Assembly: GCF_963921235.1 (NCBI RefSeq)
Contig: NC_086097.1
Location: 9,176,001-9,240,000, forward strand
Origin: Mobula hypostoma
Taxonomy: Eukaryota
DNA: 64,000 bases
Direction of reading: 5' to 3'
Numbering within the stretch: the stretch's first letter is position 1; every line of letters starts with the position of its first letter. The notes beneath the pieces were generated by a model, which ran no database searches, had not been told where the DNA came from, and was given only the letters and a program-made list of their open reading frames with translations. This document shows, piece after piece, positions 1-12,395 of the stretch. A program made the position numbers and the translations under genes.

Positions 1-174
1 TTTTTGAGGGTCTGTTAAGAGACTTTTGGATAGTTACGTGGAGCTTAGAAAAATATAGGACTGGAGGCAAGCCTAGTAATTTCTAAGGTAGGGACATGTT
101 CGACAAAACTTTGTGGGCCAAAGGGCCTGTATTGTGCTGTAGGTTTTCTATGTTTCTATGTTTCTATGTTTCTA
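1..174 (+). mobile_element. CR1 LINE 3' end with (TTCTATGT)n tail
   Basis: gggccaaagggcctgtattgtgctgtagg 3' hairpin region followed by ttctatgt repeats. The same end occurs reversed at 43155-43445 and 54810-55100. Confidence 0.75.
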
Positions 175-1280
175 CATAATTCACACACAGCACATAAAGT
201 AATATTGCCATAAATAAATTTAACTAATAATAAGATGCATTTATGACATAAGTTAAAAAGTAAACAGTATAATGGTGTTGCTTCATACGTGATAAGATCT
301 GGGTGGTTTCAGGGAGTTCAGTAGTCTTGCAGCCTGGGGGAAGAAACAGTTTACCGTCTAGCAGTCTTTGTCTTAATGCTATGGTACCTCCTGCCTGATG
401 GTAGAGGGGCAAAGAGATTGTTGGACAGATAGGAGAGATCATTGACAATGCTGAGTGCCCTGTATACACCACACTCCTGGTAAATATCACAGATGTTTAT
501 TTTTATTTGAGAACAAGTGGAAGAATGTGAAGTGGGAGACAGGACACTGAAGTTAGTTACCAATAGATGGATAGCAGACAGTTAATATAGATTAATATGC
601 AGGCTGTAGAAATTTGCATGACCCCTTCATTAGGTAGGGAGGAGGTTGGAGGCCCAACAGTAGAGCGTTTGGTCTGTTACTGTTTAACAGAGCAGTTACA
701 TCAGAGGAGTTGGTGCACAAAGTAGGTGTTCAATCTTACAATGAGTGGACATTTTAGTCACTTCCCTTGTGATCACAAGACCCTGCTGGATATTGTTTAG
801 AGCACTGCAAGCCCAATTTACTGATTTCTTGGTGGACAGCGGGCAGCTGCATGACCTCAGTTAGTTTGGTGAGGCCTCAAGCCATGGTGTCACCTGTTTA
901 CAGCCACCCAGGAGAGAGACATTGGAGCCAGTGCCGCATGGTGTCCAAACTGGAGTCGGTGATACCCTCCAGTGTTCGCTTGGCAAAAAACAAGCCGCAT
1001 TGTGTTCAACTGCAGATTTCTGCAGCATTCATGGCTCAGGGTCTTGGACTTTTTTTTGTGTTACTGTATTTTATTGATATCTTACATCAAATCACACCAA
1101 ATCAAGTTTATTTGTCATTCAAACCATACATGTTCTCCCGGGGCCAAGGTGCAGAAACATACATCCACCTTCAAAATAATGAGAAAGGGGAAAAGAAACA
1201 TAGTCATGTAAGAAAACTATTTTTTAGACCAAGTTCCTGAGCTAAAAGTCGCCCAAATTGATGGTTTCTGGCAGTCCAGA

Positions 1281-1315
1281 CTGTAATTCCATAGATCCAC
1301 CACTGGAGGGCAGCA
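1281..1315 (+). promoter_or_regulatory. Candidate CTCF binding site (core + upstream motif)
   Basis: CCACTGGAGGGCAGC at 1300-1314 matches the CCASYAGRKGGCRS core with one mismatch. TGTAATTCC (1282-1290) resembles the TGCAGTNCC upstream motif at typical spacing. Confidence 0.5.
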
Positions 1316-3552
1316 TCAACAGGAGCTGCCACCCCAAACAAGCTCAGACACCACTCTACAGCACAAGCCCGAGGACCGAGGCAACACTGCTGCCTCGCCG
1401 CCTGTCTCCCCACAAAACAAGGGAAGCAGGCCTGTGGTAACCAATGTCCAACAGGGTCTTGCGATCGCAAGAGAAACATCCAAGACAGTTACTTACTATT
1501 TCACTGGATTCCTCCTTTGCGCCAACTCGAAGAGACCTACTCTGTTACCTCCGAGTAGCACTCAGCAGCATGGCCTGCACTCAGGTCAACTCTTCTGAAT
1601 CCAGTTTGGCTTCTCCTGTGGCCCAACTGCCCGGCTCGAATCTCCAGGCTCGATAGCCTGACTTGAATCCCAAAGCCTGATGACCCGGCTTGAATCCCCT
1701 GGCCCAATCATCCCCTGCCCAATGGGACTATTTGACTTCCCCAGTCCGCTGGGCAACTCGCCTTCTCTGAACCGTCAGCCGGCTCTTATGTGCTTGCTAT
1801 CATGTACGTGCTATACGTGTCTTGTGCTGTGTGTGACTGCTGGTTCTGTGTTTTACACCATGGCCCCAGAAGAATGCTGTTTCGTATAGCTGTATGGTTG
1901 AATGACAATTAAATTTGCACTTGAACTTATGAAGGCAAAGATGAGTGTTTTGGCAGTGCAGTATTATAGTAACGGAGGTTGGCAATCTTGCTTCGTGGGT
2001 TGAAATGAGTTTGCATCATGTCTCAGAGCCAAATGCAAAGCATCATGATATGAAAGGTTGGGAATTCAAAGAATTGACAGGAAATTCAGGGTAATGTGGC
2101 AAATAAAGATTTGAATCTCTCATGGTCTTCAGATGCTTTTCCTAATAATTAGTGGCAGAATATTTCTGAATGGTAGATGAGAAATAGGAGTAAACCAAGG
2201 GTGAATCCTTGGGGGATTTCAGTCAGTGAAGTGCAAGGTGATTCCCTGGCAAAAACAGAGAGGGTGAACTGAAGGAGATTGGTGTGATAATTAAAATCCA
2301 TTATGCACAGCATAAGGAGGATATTTCTGCTGACTTACATTTAACAGCACATTGGGGGTGACCTGAATTCACCAGTGTATTCAAAATGAAAATGCAGTAA
2401 TATTGAGGGGATTGAATCCTTCTTTTATAAATGCCACAATCATCAGTACTCTCAACTGCTCACAGTGGGAAATGACTTGTTCACAGTAAATATCAATGCT
2501 ACACAGAGGTGCACCACATCATGTCAGTCTAGGCCCGGTCAGGAGCACTATTCTTACGATTCAGAAGGTGTAGGTTCAGGCTCCAATAATATTTGACGAA
2601 AAGATTCTCATTTTAGTGGAATGGCATAGGAGCTGGGGACTTCAGTTGTACAGGGGTGGGGAAACCAGAACCAGCCCCCTCTGCACAGTGATATTTAATA
2701 AGGTGTGGAAAATCATGTAAAGGCCAATCTGTTTGCAATGGCAGGAAGAATTATAACTGGAAGGAAAAGTAACAGATAAAAGAAATAAGAAGCAAGATGA
2801 GGTGAATATTTTTCAATTCAATTCAGGATTGTTTCATGTCATTTCCAGTACACAAGTGGAAAGAAGAACAAAATAATTGTTACTCCAGATCCAATACAGC
2901 ACAAAAAGCACAACGTGATAAAGAAAACAATAATAAAAAACACAATACATATGAACACATAAGATAGCTTATATACAGTACATAGACTGATTGGATGTTC
3001 ATAAAGTGACAGCGGGCACAGGAATGTCTGTACATAAGGTGAATCTAACAGGAAATTATAAAGCAGTGGTGCTGTGGGTGTGGAGGTATAGGTTGGTGAG
3101 TGGCGATGTTGATCAGCCTTACTGCTTGGGGAAAGTAACTGTTTTTGAGTCTGGGTGTCCTGGCGAAGATGCTGCGTAGACTCCTCCCTGATAAGAGTGG
3201 AAAATTAATCCATGAACAGGGTGAATAGGATCCTTCATGAGGTAACTGGTCCTTTACCAGTACTTTCCTGTTTCATCCAGCTGTTGTTGAGCCTTCCTGT
3301 CTTCCGCAGTGCAATTTTTTTGCAATCTTCTGGAACATATGGTCTGAAATTCTGTAGAAAGCATTAATGGCTTTGAAAAGGAAATTATACTGACATTGCT
3401 ACATTTATAGGGAGAAGCATGGAAGATGAGGCTAAATGGATAACTCTTTCTCATAGCTGGCACACACAAAATGGCCAGAGAGCTTCATTCTGTGTTGTAT
3501 ATTTCCATAAATCTGTGTAATTGAGGCATACTGATAGTGAAAACTCTTCCAC

Positions 3553-3745
3553 GGAAATGAATAAATAGTTGATGTTTTGGGCTGAGACACTTCTTCAGGA
3601 CTTGAGATCTTCTTCAGGTTTTGAAGAAAGGTCTCGGCTCAAAACGTCGATTGCTTATTCATTTCCAGAGGTGCTGTCTAACCTGCTGAGTCCTTCCAGC
3701 ATTTTGTACGTATTGCTCAGGATTTCCAGCATCTGCAGCATTGCT
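3553..3745. mobile_element. Fold-back Penelope-tail derivative with two degenerate hammerheads
   Basis: 3553-3600 and 3619-3666 are imperfect inverted repeats of the hammerhead-bearing tail; both cores are mutated (GAAAC to AAAAC). Confidence 0.75.
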
Positions 3746-3956
3746 TGTGTTCATGTTGTTGACAAATTTTCCAGCAATTGTAAGACAACTTTTGATAGAA
3801 ACTGATTTGAGGAATCAAACCAAGGGCAGTATAATGGCTCTAACTCAAAAAGGCAATTCAGCTGGCACAGACATATTGGACAAAAGGGACAGTGTCCATC
3901 ATCTACGGCTCTGTGATAACAGGTGTAGCCACACTATAGTAAATAATTGAAATCTT

Positions 3957-4462
3957 CATAGTAGTCATAGTCATAGTCATACTTTATTGATCCCAGGGGA
4001 AATTGGTTTTCGTTACATGCATCATAAATAATTAAATAGTAATAAAACCATAAATAATTAAGTAGTAATATGTAAATTATGCCAGGAAATAAGTCCAGGA
4101 CCAGCCTATTGGCTCAGGGTATCTGACCCTCCAAGGGAGGAGTTGTAAAGTTTGATGGCCACAGGCAGGAATGACTTCCCATGACACTCTGTGCTGCATC
4201 TCGGTGGAATGAGTCTCTGGCTGAATGTACTCCTGTGCCCACCCAGTACATTATGTAGTGGATGGGAGACATTGTCCAAGATGGCATGCAACTTGGACAG
4301 CATCCCCTTTTCAGACCCCACTGTCAGAGAGTCCAGTTCCATCCCCACAACATCACTGGCCTTACGAATGAGTTTGTTGATTCTGTTGGTGTCTGCCACC
4401 CTCAGCCTGCTGCCCCAGCACACAACAGCAAACATGATCGCATTGGCCACCACAGACTCGTA
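3957..4462 (-). mobile_element. Rex1/Babar-type LINE 3' fragment
   Basis: ORF 4106-4453 VANAIMFAVVCWGS...INKLIRKASDVVG...KSFLPVAIKLYNS is a typical post-RT C-terminus; (GACTAT)n tail at 3957-3980. Confidence 0.7.
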
Positions 4463-4499
4463 GAAATTAAAACAAGGGGATAGCTGAAATTAAGACTAA

Positions 4500-4855
4500 G
4501 GAATCAGACTGCATTTGGGGTATTATGAGCAGTTTTGGGTGCCTTATCTAAGAAAATATTTGCTGGCATTGGAGAAGATCCAGAGGTGGTTCACAAAATT
4601 GACCCTGGGAATGAATAGATTAACATACAAGGAGCATTTGATACTTTGGGCCTTTACTCACTAGAGCTTAGATGAACGAGGAGGAACATCATTGAAACAT
4701 ATTGAATATTGAAAGGCCTAGATAGAGTAGATGTGGAGAGGATGTTTCCAATCATGGGTGAATCTCGGATGAAAGAACACAGCTTCAGAATACAAGGACA
4801 TCCCATTAGAAGAGAGATGAGGAATTTCATTATCCAAAAAGGGTAGTGAAATGTT
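4500..4855 (+). mobile_element. Degenerate CR1 ORF2 3' fragment
   Basis: Similar to the CR1 ORF2 C-terminal DNA at 35900-36290 (ccttatctaagaaaa...gctggcattggagaagatccagagg). Confidence 0.7.
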
Positions 4856-5239
4856 AATTCTGCTTCTTTCTTCTCAGAGATTTTATAAATTATTGGGTCG
4901 TTTCAGCATTCTTTGATTCTTATCTTGGCCAATATTATACCCTGACAGAAACTTTAAACATTCATGAATAGGGAAAAGTAATGATGATGGAAGTTGTTGA
5001 TCACACCAGGCAGATGGTGAATGTTCGCTCAACAACAGTTGCTAAATATTCGATGTTACTTGAAATTCCTTGCTAAAACTGGGTTTTAAAATGTTACCAT
5101 ACACGTGGAAGTTTTAAAAGCTAGACTCCAATATCCAATACAAGTATAATTACTTACCTTAATGATATATATTATTTTGAGAGCAGTGCAAGTACAATAT
5201 TCCACTATTTTGCGTAAATCGTTGAATCTGTATATTGTG

Positions 5240-5418
5240 GAAGGAGGGACTCAGCAGGACAGGCAGCATCTATGGAGAAGAGTAAACAGTCGATGTTTCG
5301 GGCCAGGACCCTTCATCAGGTTTACTCTTTTTCATAGACGCTGCCTGGCTTGCTGAATTCCTCTAGCATTTTGTGTGTATTTCTTTGATTTCCAGCATCT
5401 GCAGATTTTCTCTTGTAT
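5240..5418. mobile_element. Fold-back Penelope-tail derivative; minus-strand hammerhead core at 5287-5320
   Basis: Minus strand reads CTGATGA-agggtcctggccc-GAAAC-ATC-gactg; the helix I 5' partner is lost at the inversion junction. A plus-strand tail arm follows. Confidence 0.75.
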
Positions 5419-5573
5419 TGTGGAGGGAGGTCATTTGGCCTGTTAAGCCAATGCTGAATGCGTGCAAGAATGACTTCTTCATTGTCCTCAAATGTTCTTG
5501 CTTCTTTTAGAGTCATAGAGTCATAGAGTCATAGAAAAGTACAGCACAGAAACAAGCCCTTTGACCCATCCAT

Positions 5574-7680
5574 GAGACCATTAGACCATAACATATAGGA
5601 GCAGAAGTAGGCCATTCAGCCCATCAAGTCTGCTCCGCTATTCATTCATGGGCTGATCCAATCCTTCCAGTCATCCCCACTCCCCTGTTTTCACCCCATA
5701 CCCTTTGATGCCCTGGTTAATCAACAACCTATCTATCCCTGTCTCAAATACACATATTGACTTGGTCTCCACAGCAACTCACAGCAACAAATTCCACGGG
5801 TTTACCACCCTCTGACTAAAGTAATTTCTCCTCATCTCAGTTCTAAGAGGACGCCCTTCAATCCTGAAGTCATGTCCTCTTTTCCTAGAATCAGAGATGG
5901 CAACAACATATTTGCCAATCTGTAGCTGAATTTCAAGATCCTCCATTTTATCCAAGGTTGTCAAGCCGAGGAGTGGTAATGGGGGACAAGCTCCCACTAC
6001 CTAAAAGTGCTCCTCACGGCATGTGCCTCAAATAGCCTCTGACAACCAAGTCCAACTCCTGGCCTTCTCATGTGGCTTAGCCTCTAAGCCCGGCGGAACT
6101 GTTTCTACTGACAGGAGAAGGGGCGAAGGCGGGTCCTGGCACCTTAAAACCAGTGCTTCGGGTAGATGGAGCTCGTCAGCCTGGGAAGGCAGTCCATCTA
6201 AGAGAGGGAAAACTCTGATTTCAAACCTCTGCTGCCTTGCAGCCATACCCACTCATGGGAAAGGCTTCGGGAGTAAACCCTGAGGACAAATCCAGAGCTG
6301 GAGTCCCTAAGGCAGTCTAACGTTGCCTTCAGCCTCGCCCTGGGAACTCCTGCGATGACACTGGTGCCAAGCTGTATCGGCCCTTGCCCTTCCCTTGGAC
6401 AACGTCGGTAGTGTGGAGAGGGGAGACTTGCTGCATGGACAACCACCGGTCTTCCATACAACCTTGCCCAAGGCTGCACCCTGGAGAGGACACTCCAGCG
6501 ACGGCACAACATGAAACAAGACTTTCCAGGTGCAGATCCATGGTCTTATGAGAGTAACAGATGCCTCCACCACCACCACCACCATTCCTTATGTTACATG
6601 CATTCAAATACAACACTCTCAGTCCAGTATTTGTTGCTTTCTGTTTTAACTGCACCATGCCTCTATTGCCCTGTAACTCATGCTACTGGCTTTGATTAAG
6701 CCTCATCTCCTGCCTATTCTTTCTACAATCTCTGTTGCACACTATCCTTGATTTATTTCTGTTTTCCCCCTCCTCAGCCCTATCACTCCGGTTCTCATCC
6801 CCCTGCCAAATTAGTTTAAACCCTCCCTAACAGCTCTATTAAATGTGCCCGCTAGGATATTGGACCCGTTTGGGTTCAGGTGTAACCTGTCCTTTTCATA
6901 CAGGTCGTACCTCCCCCAGAAGAGTCCCCAGTGATTCAGGAATCTGCATCCCTGCCCCCTACACCAGTCTCTCAGCCACATCATGCTTTTCTTGCACTCG
7001 CTAGCACGTGGCACAGGCAGCAATCCTGAGATTACTACCTTAGAGATCCTGCCTTTCAGCTTCCTACCTAACTCCCTGAATTCTCTCTTCAGGACCCCCT
7101 CCTTTTTTCTACCTATGTCATTGGTACCAACGTGTACCAAGACTTCTGGCTGTTCACCCTCTCCCTTCAGAATACTCTGCACCCGATCCGTACCCTGGCT
7201 CCTGGGAGGCAATGCACCATGCGGGTATCTCTATCAGGCTCACTGAACCTCCTGTCTATTTTCCTCACTATGGAATCCCCTATGACTACCAGATTCCTCA
7301 TCTTCCCCTTTCCCTTCTGCACAACGGAACCAGGCTCGATTGGGTCAGAGACCTGGTTGGCGTGGTCATCCTCTGTCAGGTCACGCCCCTCAACAGCATC
7401 CAAAAGGAGATAACAATTACTGAGGGGGATGGCCACAGTGGTGTTTCTACTATCTTTCCCTCACTTCTCTGACCATCACCCACTTATCTAACTCCTGCAG
7501 CCCCGGGGTGACTAACTCCCTGTAGATCTTATCTATCTCCTGCTCACTCTCCCTAATAAGCTGTAGGTCATCGAGCCGCAGCTCCAGATCCCTAACACAG
7601 TCTCTTCGGAGATGCATCTCGGTGCACCTGGTGCAGATGTGGCCATCTGTGAGACTGGAAGTTTCCCTGGATTCTTCCAC
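5574..7680 (-). mobile_element. Internally deleted CR1 (ORF1 remnants, ORF2 N-terminus fused to 3' end), interrupted by an insertion at ~5953-6584
   Basis: ORF1 SGNH/esterase motifs VVIGDSIVR, VHCLPGARV, VLVHVGTNDI, DRLHLN (6811-7436) and zinc-finger/coiled coil (7450-7680). ORF2 start LRVLYLNACNIRN / KMEDLEIQLQIGKYVVAI is joined directly to the C-terminal RGHDFRIEG...FSQRVVN. Confidence 0.8.
5953..6584 (+). mobile_element. Non-autonomous RTE-related element with (CAC)n tail
   Basis: Related copies at 26341-27265, 33061-34190 (minus), 51085-51548 and 54495-54650 (minus). The 3' end ccaggtgcagatccatggtc...gagagtaacagatgcc resembles RTE-clade 3' ends. Confidence 0.6.
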
Positions 7681-7829
7681 CCTTTGAAACTCCTATCTAC
7701 CGGCACTGGGCCAATAGCCCTCCATACGTCTACCATCCATGTACCTATCAAAACCTTTCTTATGCTTTGAGTCAAGCTTGTATATATGTTAAATTCAATA
7801 AATAGATGAATTGTGTTAAATTTAGTAGA

Positions 7830-8170
7830 TTGTGTTCATGGGTTGAATATCCATTCAGAAATCGGATGGCAGAGGGGAAAGATCTATTCCTGAATCACTG
7901 AATGTGTGCCTTCAGGCTCCTGTACTTCCTTCCTGATGGTGGCAATGAGAAGAGGGCATGTCCTGAGTGATGGGGTCCTTACATATTTTTGAAGCATCGC
8001 TCCTTGAAGTTGTCCTGGATGCTGAAGAGGCCACTGACCATGATGGAGCTGAACGAGTTCACAATTTTCTGCAGCTTACTTCGATGATGGAGCTGAACGA
8101 GTTCACAATTTTCTGCAGCTTACTTCGATCCTGTGCAGTGGTCCCCCTCCCCACCATACCAGACGGTGAT
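7830..8170 (-). mobile_element. Rex/Babar-type 3' fragment containing a 44-bp tandem duplication (8041-8129)
   Basis: Similar to 49330-49780; minus strand encodes TAQDRSKLQKIVNS. tgatggagctgaacgagttcacaattttctgcagcttacttcga is present twice. Confidence 0.7.
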
Positions 8171-8947
8171 GTGGAGACCTCTGTTTTCTCCGTCCTTTTT
8201 GTCTGGGAACTCAAATATAAAGCTACAAATTTGCTTATATTTGTCACGTGCATCAGAGCATACAGTGAAATGTCATTTGTGTTAATGTCCCACACAGTCC
8301 GAGGATGTGCTGGGGGCAGCCTGCGAGTGTCGCCATACTTCTGGAATTAAGGTAGCATGGACACAACTTGCTTACTCATACTGACCTGTACATTGAAGGA
8401 AACGTTCCAGCCCACTGAATCTGTAATCGCAGAGTAATCTTATCAATTTCCTTCCTGCAGTTACAAGCACTTCGTTGTCCAGCCTGAGGGACCCCTTGAC
8501 AATGAAAGAAAAATCGAGATTAATGGCCTATGTAAGAGGGAAGGGTTAGATTGATCTTATAGTAGGTTAAAAGGCCTGTACAGCACCATGGGCCGAAGAG
8601 CCTGTGTTGTGCTTTACTGTTCCATGTCCTCTTACATAAGTAATGTCAGTAAACATTTCTAACACAAAGCAACGCAGCTTGCTTATACAAATAACAGTTG
8701 ATGCTGGTTCAGTCCAAGATTTCTTATGGTTTTGTAACATGAGGATTTAAGCATTATGAGCCAAAGGTGGATAAATAGACTAAGATCCAAATTCTCACAG
8801 CTGTTATATCTTTCCTTAGCTGAATGAGTTTTGGAAGTTTAGAAACCATTAGTTTCTATATTCCAGCACACATTCCCATGAGATTGAAACCATTAAATTT
8901 CTATCCATTAAGGACTCTTGGAGTTGACTATCATCCTATTGGCCTGG

Positions 8948-10719
8948 CGTATAGTCTGGCGTACTGACCTCTACCTTGCCGAGGCACAGCGACAACTCGC
9001 GGATACCTCCTCTTATTTACCCCTCGATCGTGACCCCACTAAGGAGCACCAGGCCATTGTCTCCCACACCATCACCGACTTTATCCGCTCAGGGGATCTC
9101 CCATCCACTGCTACTAACCTTATAGTTCCCACACCTCGCACTTCCCGTTTCTACCTCCTACCCAAGATCCACAAACCTGCCTGTCCTGGCCGACCTATTG
9201 TCTCAGCTTGCTCCTGCCCCACCGAACTCGTTTCTGCATACCTCGACACTGTTTTATCACCCCTTGTTCAATCCCTTCCGACCTATGTTCGTGGCACTTC
9301 TCACGCTCTTAAACTTTTCGATGATTTTAAGTTCCCTGGCCCCCACCGCTTTATTTTCACCATGGATGTCCAGTCCTTATATACTTCCATCCCACATCAG
9401 GAAGGTCTCAAAGCTCTACGCTTCTTTTTGGATTCCAGACCTAATCAGTTCCCCTCTACCACCACTCTGCTCCGTCTAGCGGAATTAGTCCTTACTCTTA
9501 ATAATTTCTCCTTTGGCTCCTCCCATTTCCTCCAAACTAAAGGTGTAGCTATGGGCACCCGTATGGGTCCTAGCTATGCCTGCCGTTTTGTTGGGTTTGT
9601 GGAACAATCTATGTTCCGTGCCTATTCTGGTATCTGTCCCCCACTTTTCCTTCGCTACATCGATGACTGCATTGGCGCTGCTTCCTGCACGCATGCAGAG
9701 CTCGTTGACTTTATTAACTTTGCCTCCAACTTTCACCCTGCCCTCAAGTTTACCTGGTCCATTTCCGACACCTCCCTCCCCTTTCAAGATCTTTCTGTCT
9801 CTGTCTCTGGAGACAGCTTATCCACTGATGTCTACTATAAGCCTACTGACTCTCACAGCTATCTGGACTATTCCTTTTCTCACCCTGTCTCTTGCAAAAA
9901 CGCCATCCCCTTCTCGCAATTCCTCCATCTTCGCCGCATCTGCTCTCAGGATGAGGCTTTTCATTCTAGGACGAGGGAGATGTCTTCCTTTTTTAAAGAA
10001 AGGGGCTTCCCTTCCTCCACTATCAACTCTGCTCTTAAACGCATCTCCCCCATTTCACGTACATCTGCTCTCACTCCATCCTCCCACCACCCCACTAGGA
10101 ATAGGGTTCCCCTGGTCCTCACCTACCACCCCACCAGCCTCCGGGTCCAACATATCATTCTCCGTAACTTCCGCCACCTCCAACGGGATCCCACCACTAA
10201 GCACATCTTTCCCTCCCCCCCTCTGCATTCCGCAGGGATTGCTCCCTACACAACTCCCTTGTCCATTCGTCCCCCCCATCCCTCCCCACTGATCTCCCTC
10301 CTGGCACTTATCCGTGTAAGCGGAACAAGTGCTACACATGCCCTTACACTTCCTCCTTTACCACCATTCAGGGCCCCAAACAGTCCTTCCAGGTGAGGCA
10401 TCACTTTACCTGTGAGTCGACCAGGGTGATATACTGCGTCCGGTGCTCCCGATGTGGCCTTTTATATATTGGTGAGACCCGACGCAGACTGGGAGACCGC
10501 TTTACTGAACATCTACGCTCTGTCCGCCAGAGAAAGCAGGATCTCCCAGTGGCCACACATTTTAATTCCACATCCCATTCCCATTCTGACATGTCTATCC
10601 ACGGCCTCCTCTACTGTAAAGATGAAGCCACACTCAGGTTGGAGGAACAACACCTTATATTCCGTCTGGGTAGCCTCCAACCTGATGGCATGAACATCGA
10701 CTTCTCTAATTTCCGCTAA
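8948..10719 (+). pseudogene. Penelope RT-GIY-YIG polyprotein, N-truncated, one frameshift near 10215
   Basis: RT motifs FYLLPKIHKP, GRPIVS, FTMDVQSLYTSIP, GVAMGTRMGPSYA, RYIDD, YYKPTDSHSYLDY. After a frame change in the poly-C tract the reading continues GTYPCKRNKCYTC...VIYCVRCSRCGLLYIGET...EH...HFN...GMN to the stop at 10717-10719. The ORF-track start at 8918 lies in flanking DNA. Confidence 0.92.
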
Positions 10720-11011
10720 GGCCCCACCTCCCCCTCGTACCCCATCTGTTACTCATTTTTATGCACACATTCTTTCTCTCACTCTCCTTTTTCTCCCTCT
10801 GTCCCTCTGAATATACCTCTTGCCCATCTTCTGAGTCACCCCCCCCTGTCTTTCTTCCTAGACCTTCTGTCCCATGATCCTCTCGTATCCCCTTTTGCCT
10901 ATCACCTGTCCAGCTCTCGGCTCTATCCCTCCCCCTCCTGTCTTCTCCTATCATTTTGGATCTCCCCCTCCCCCTCCAACTTTCATATCCCTTACTCACT
11001 CTTCCTTCAGT

Positions 11012-11049
11012 TAGTCCTGACGAAGGTTCTCGGCCTGAAACGTCGACTG
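11012..11049 (+). ncRNA. Minimal type-I hammerhead ribozyme
   Basis: tagtc-CTGACGA-aggttctcggcct-GAAAC-GTC^gactg: helix I tagtc/gactg, helix II agg/cct, loopless palindromic helix III (ACGT). Predicted cleavage after 11044. Confidence 0.85.
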
Positions 11050-11533
11050 CACCTCTTCCTATAGATGCTGCCTGGCCTGCTGCGTTCACCAGCAACTTTG
11101 ATGTGTGTTGCTTGAATTTCCAGCATCTGCAGAATTCCTGTTGTTTGCATCCTATTGGCCTGTTCCCCTTAACTGTTTGTAAACACTCCTGATCTCCTAT
11201 TCACCTCATCATACCTTTATATAATCCAGGTACAATAGATCTGGCCTTAGGGCCTGGATTATGGTATTAATGACATACAAAATAAAGTGGAGATTATTTG
11301 ATGATTCCTTTTCAAGTACAGATGTAAATAATCTGGAATGTCCTTCCCTGGAATGTCAAATGGTTTCCTTGTATGATATAATAGATTCTTGATCTCACAG
11401 TCTATCTCGTTACAATCTTGCACTTTGTGTTAATCTGCTCTGCACTTTCCCTGTAGCTTTTACACTTTATTCTGCACTCTTACTGTTTTGCCTTCTTTTA
11501 CATTGATGCACTGTATGAACAGTATGCAAAACA

Positions 11534-11780
11534 TAAACGCAAGAGATTCTGCGATGCTGGGGAAAAAACAGAGCTACACACACAAGACACTGAAGGAGCT
11601 CGGTGGATCAGGCAGCATCTATGGAAATGAATAAACTGTCAACACTTCAGTCTGAGACCCTTCATCAGGACTGGCAAGGAAGGGATGAACTCGCCAGAAT
11701 AAAAAGATGGGGGAGGGGAAGGAGGACTAGCCAGAAGATGATAGGTAAAGCCAGGTTGGTGGAGAAGAAGGAATCTAAAA
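11534..11780 (-). mobile_element. Older Penelope-tail derivative, degenerate hammerhead
   Basis: Minus strand cagtcCTGATGAagggtctcagactGAAGTgttgacag; tail homologous to 30440-30550. Confidence 0.7.
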
Positions 11781-12395
11781 GTATGGAAGACAAGCTTTTC
11801 ACTGTATATTTGTACATGTGACAATAATTAATTCCAAGTTCCAATTCCTAAAATAGTCTATAGATATAAGGATAACCTAAACTTTAAATGAGACATCAGA
11901 TAGATTTTTACGAGGTTATGTTTTGAAGGGAAAAGTTCCAATGACCTAAAGTGGAGGAGAGTTTTGGGTCAGCTATGACCTAATGAAATGACAGAGAAGA
12001 GTTGGAAGCCTGATCCAATGATCTGCTTGTTTATAAGTACTTGATTCTGTTTCTACCGTAGTATTAAACAAGTCTATATTAAAACAAAAGCACCTTTTGG
12101 TAATTTCATCCTCGAAGGTAGATGTTTAGATGCTTCACCTCAAAGTCTTTGGATTAAAGGCTGAGGTCAAAACAAATTTCTTTGAAGTTCAAAGTTCAAA
12201 GTAATTTATTAGCAAAGTACATAAATGTCACCATATACAACCCCAAGAATTATTTTATTGCAGACATTCACAGTAGAGCAAAGCAATACAATAGAATCAA
12301 AGAAGATCTACACACAAAGATTGACAAATAACTAATATGCAAAAAAAGATTATCTATACGAATACAAAATAAGTAAATTATGCTCAGAACCAGAG

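Larger units (their letters stand above)
8947..11147 (+). mobile_element. Penelope-like retroelement (Neptune-type), 5'-truncated, young
   Basis: Perfect 15-bp TSD catcctattggcctg (8932-8946 / 11148-11162); RT + GIY-YIG coding region; pyrimidine-rich 3' UTR; hammerhead motif. Confidence 0.95.

Noticed and set aside
10706..11192. Recurrent short ORFs (MLVNAAGQAAS..., ...SPDEGSRPETST...) also at 33112, 60534-60872 and 61295-61682
   Set aside because: They are translations of the non-coding Penelope tail and hammerhead; recurrence reflects DNA repeat identity.
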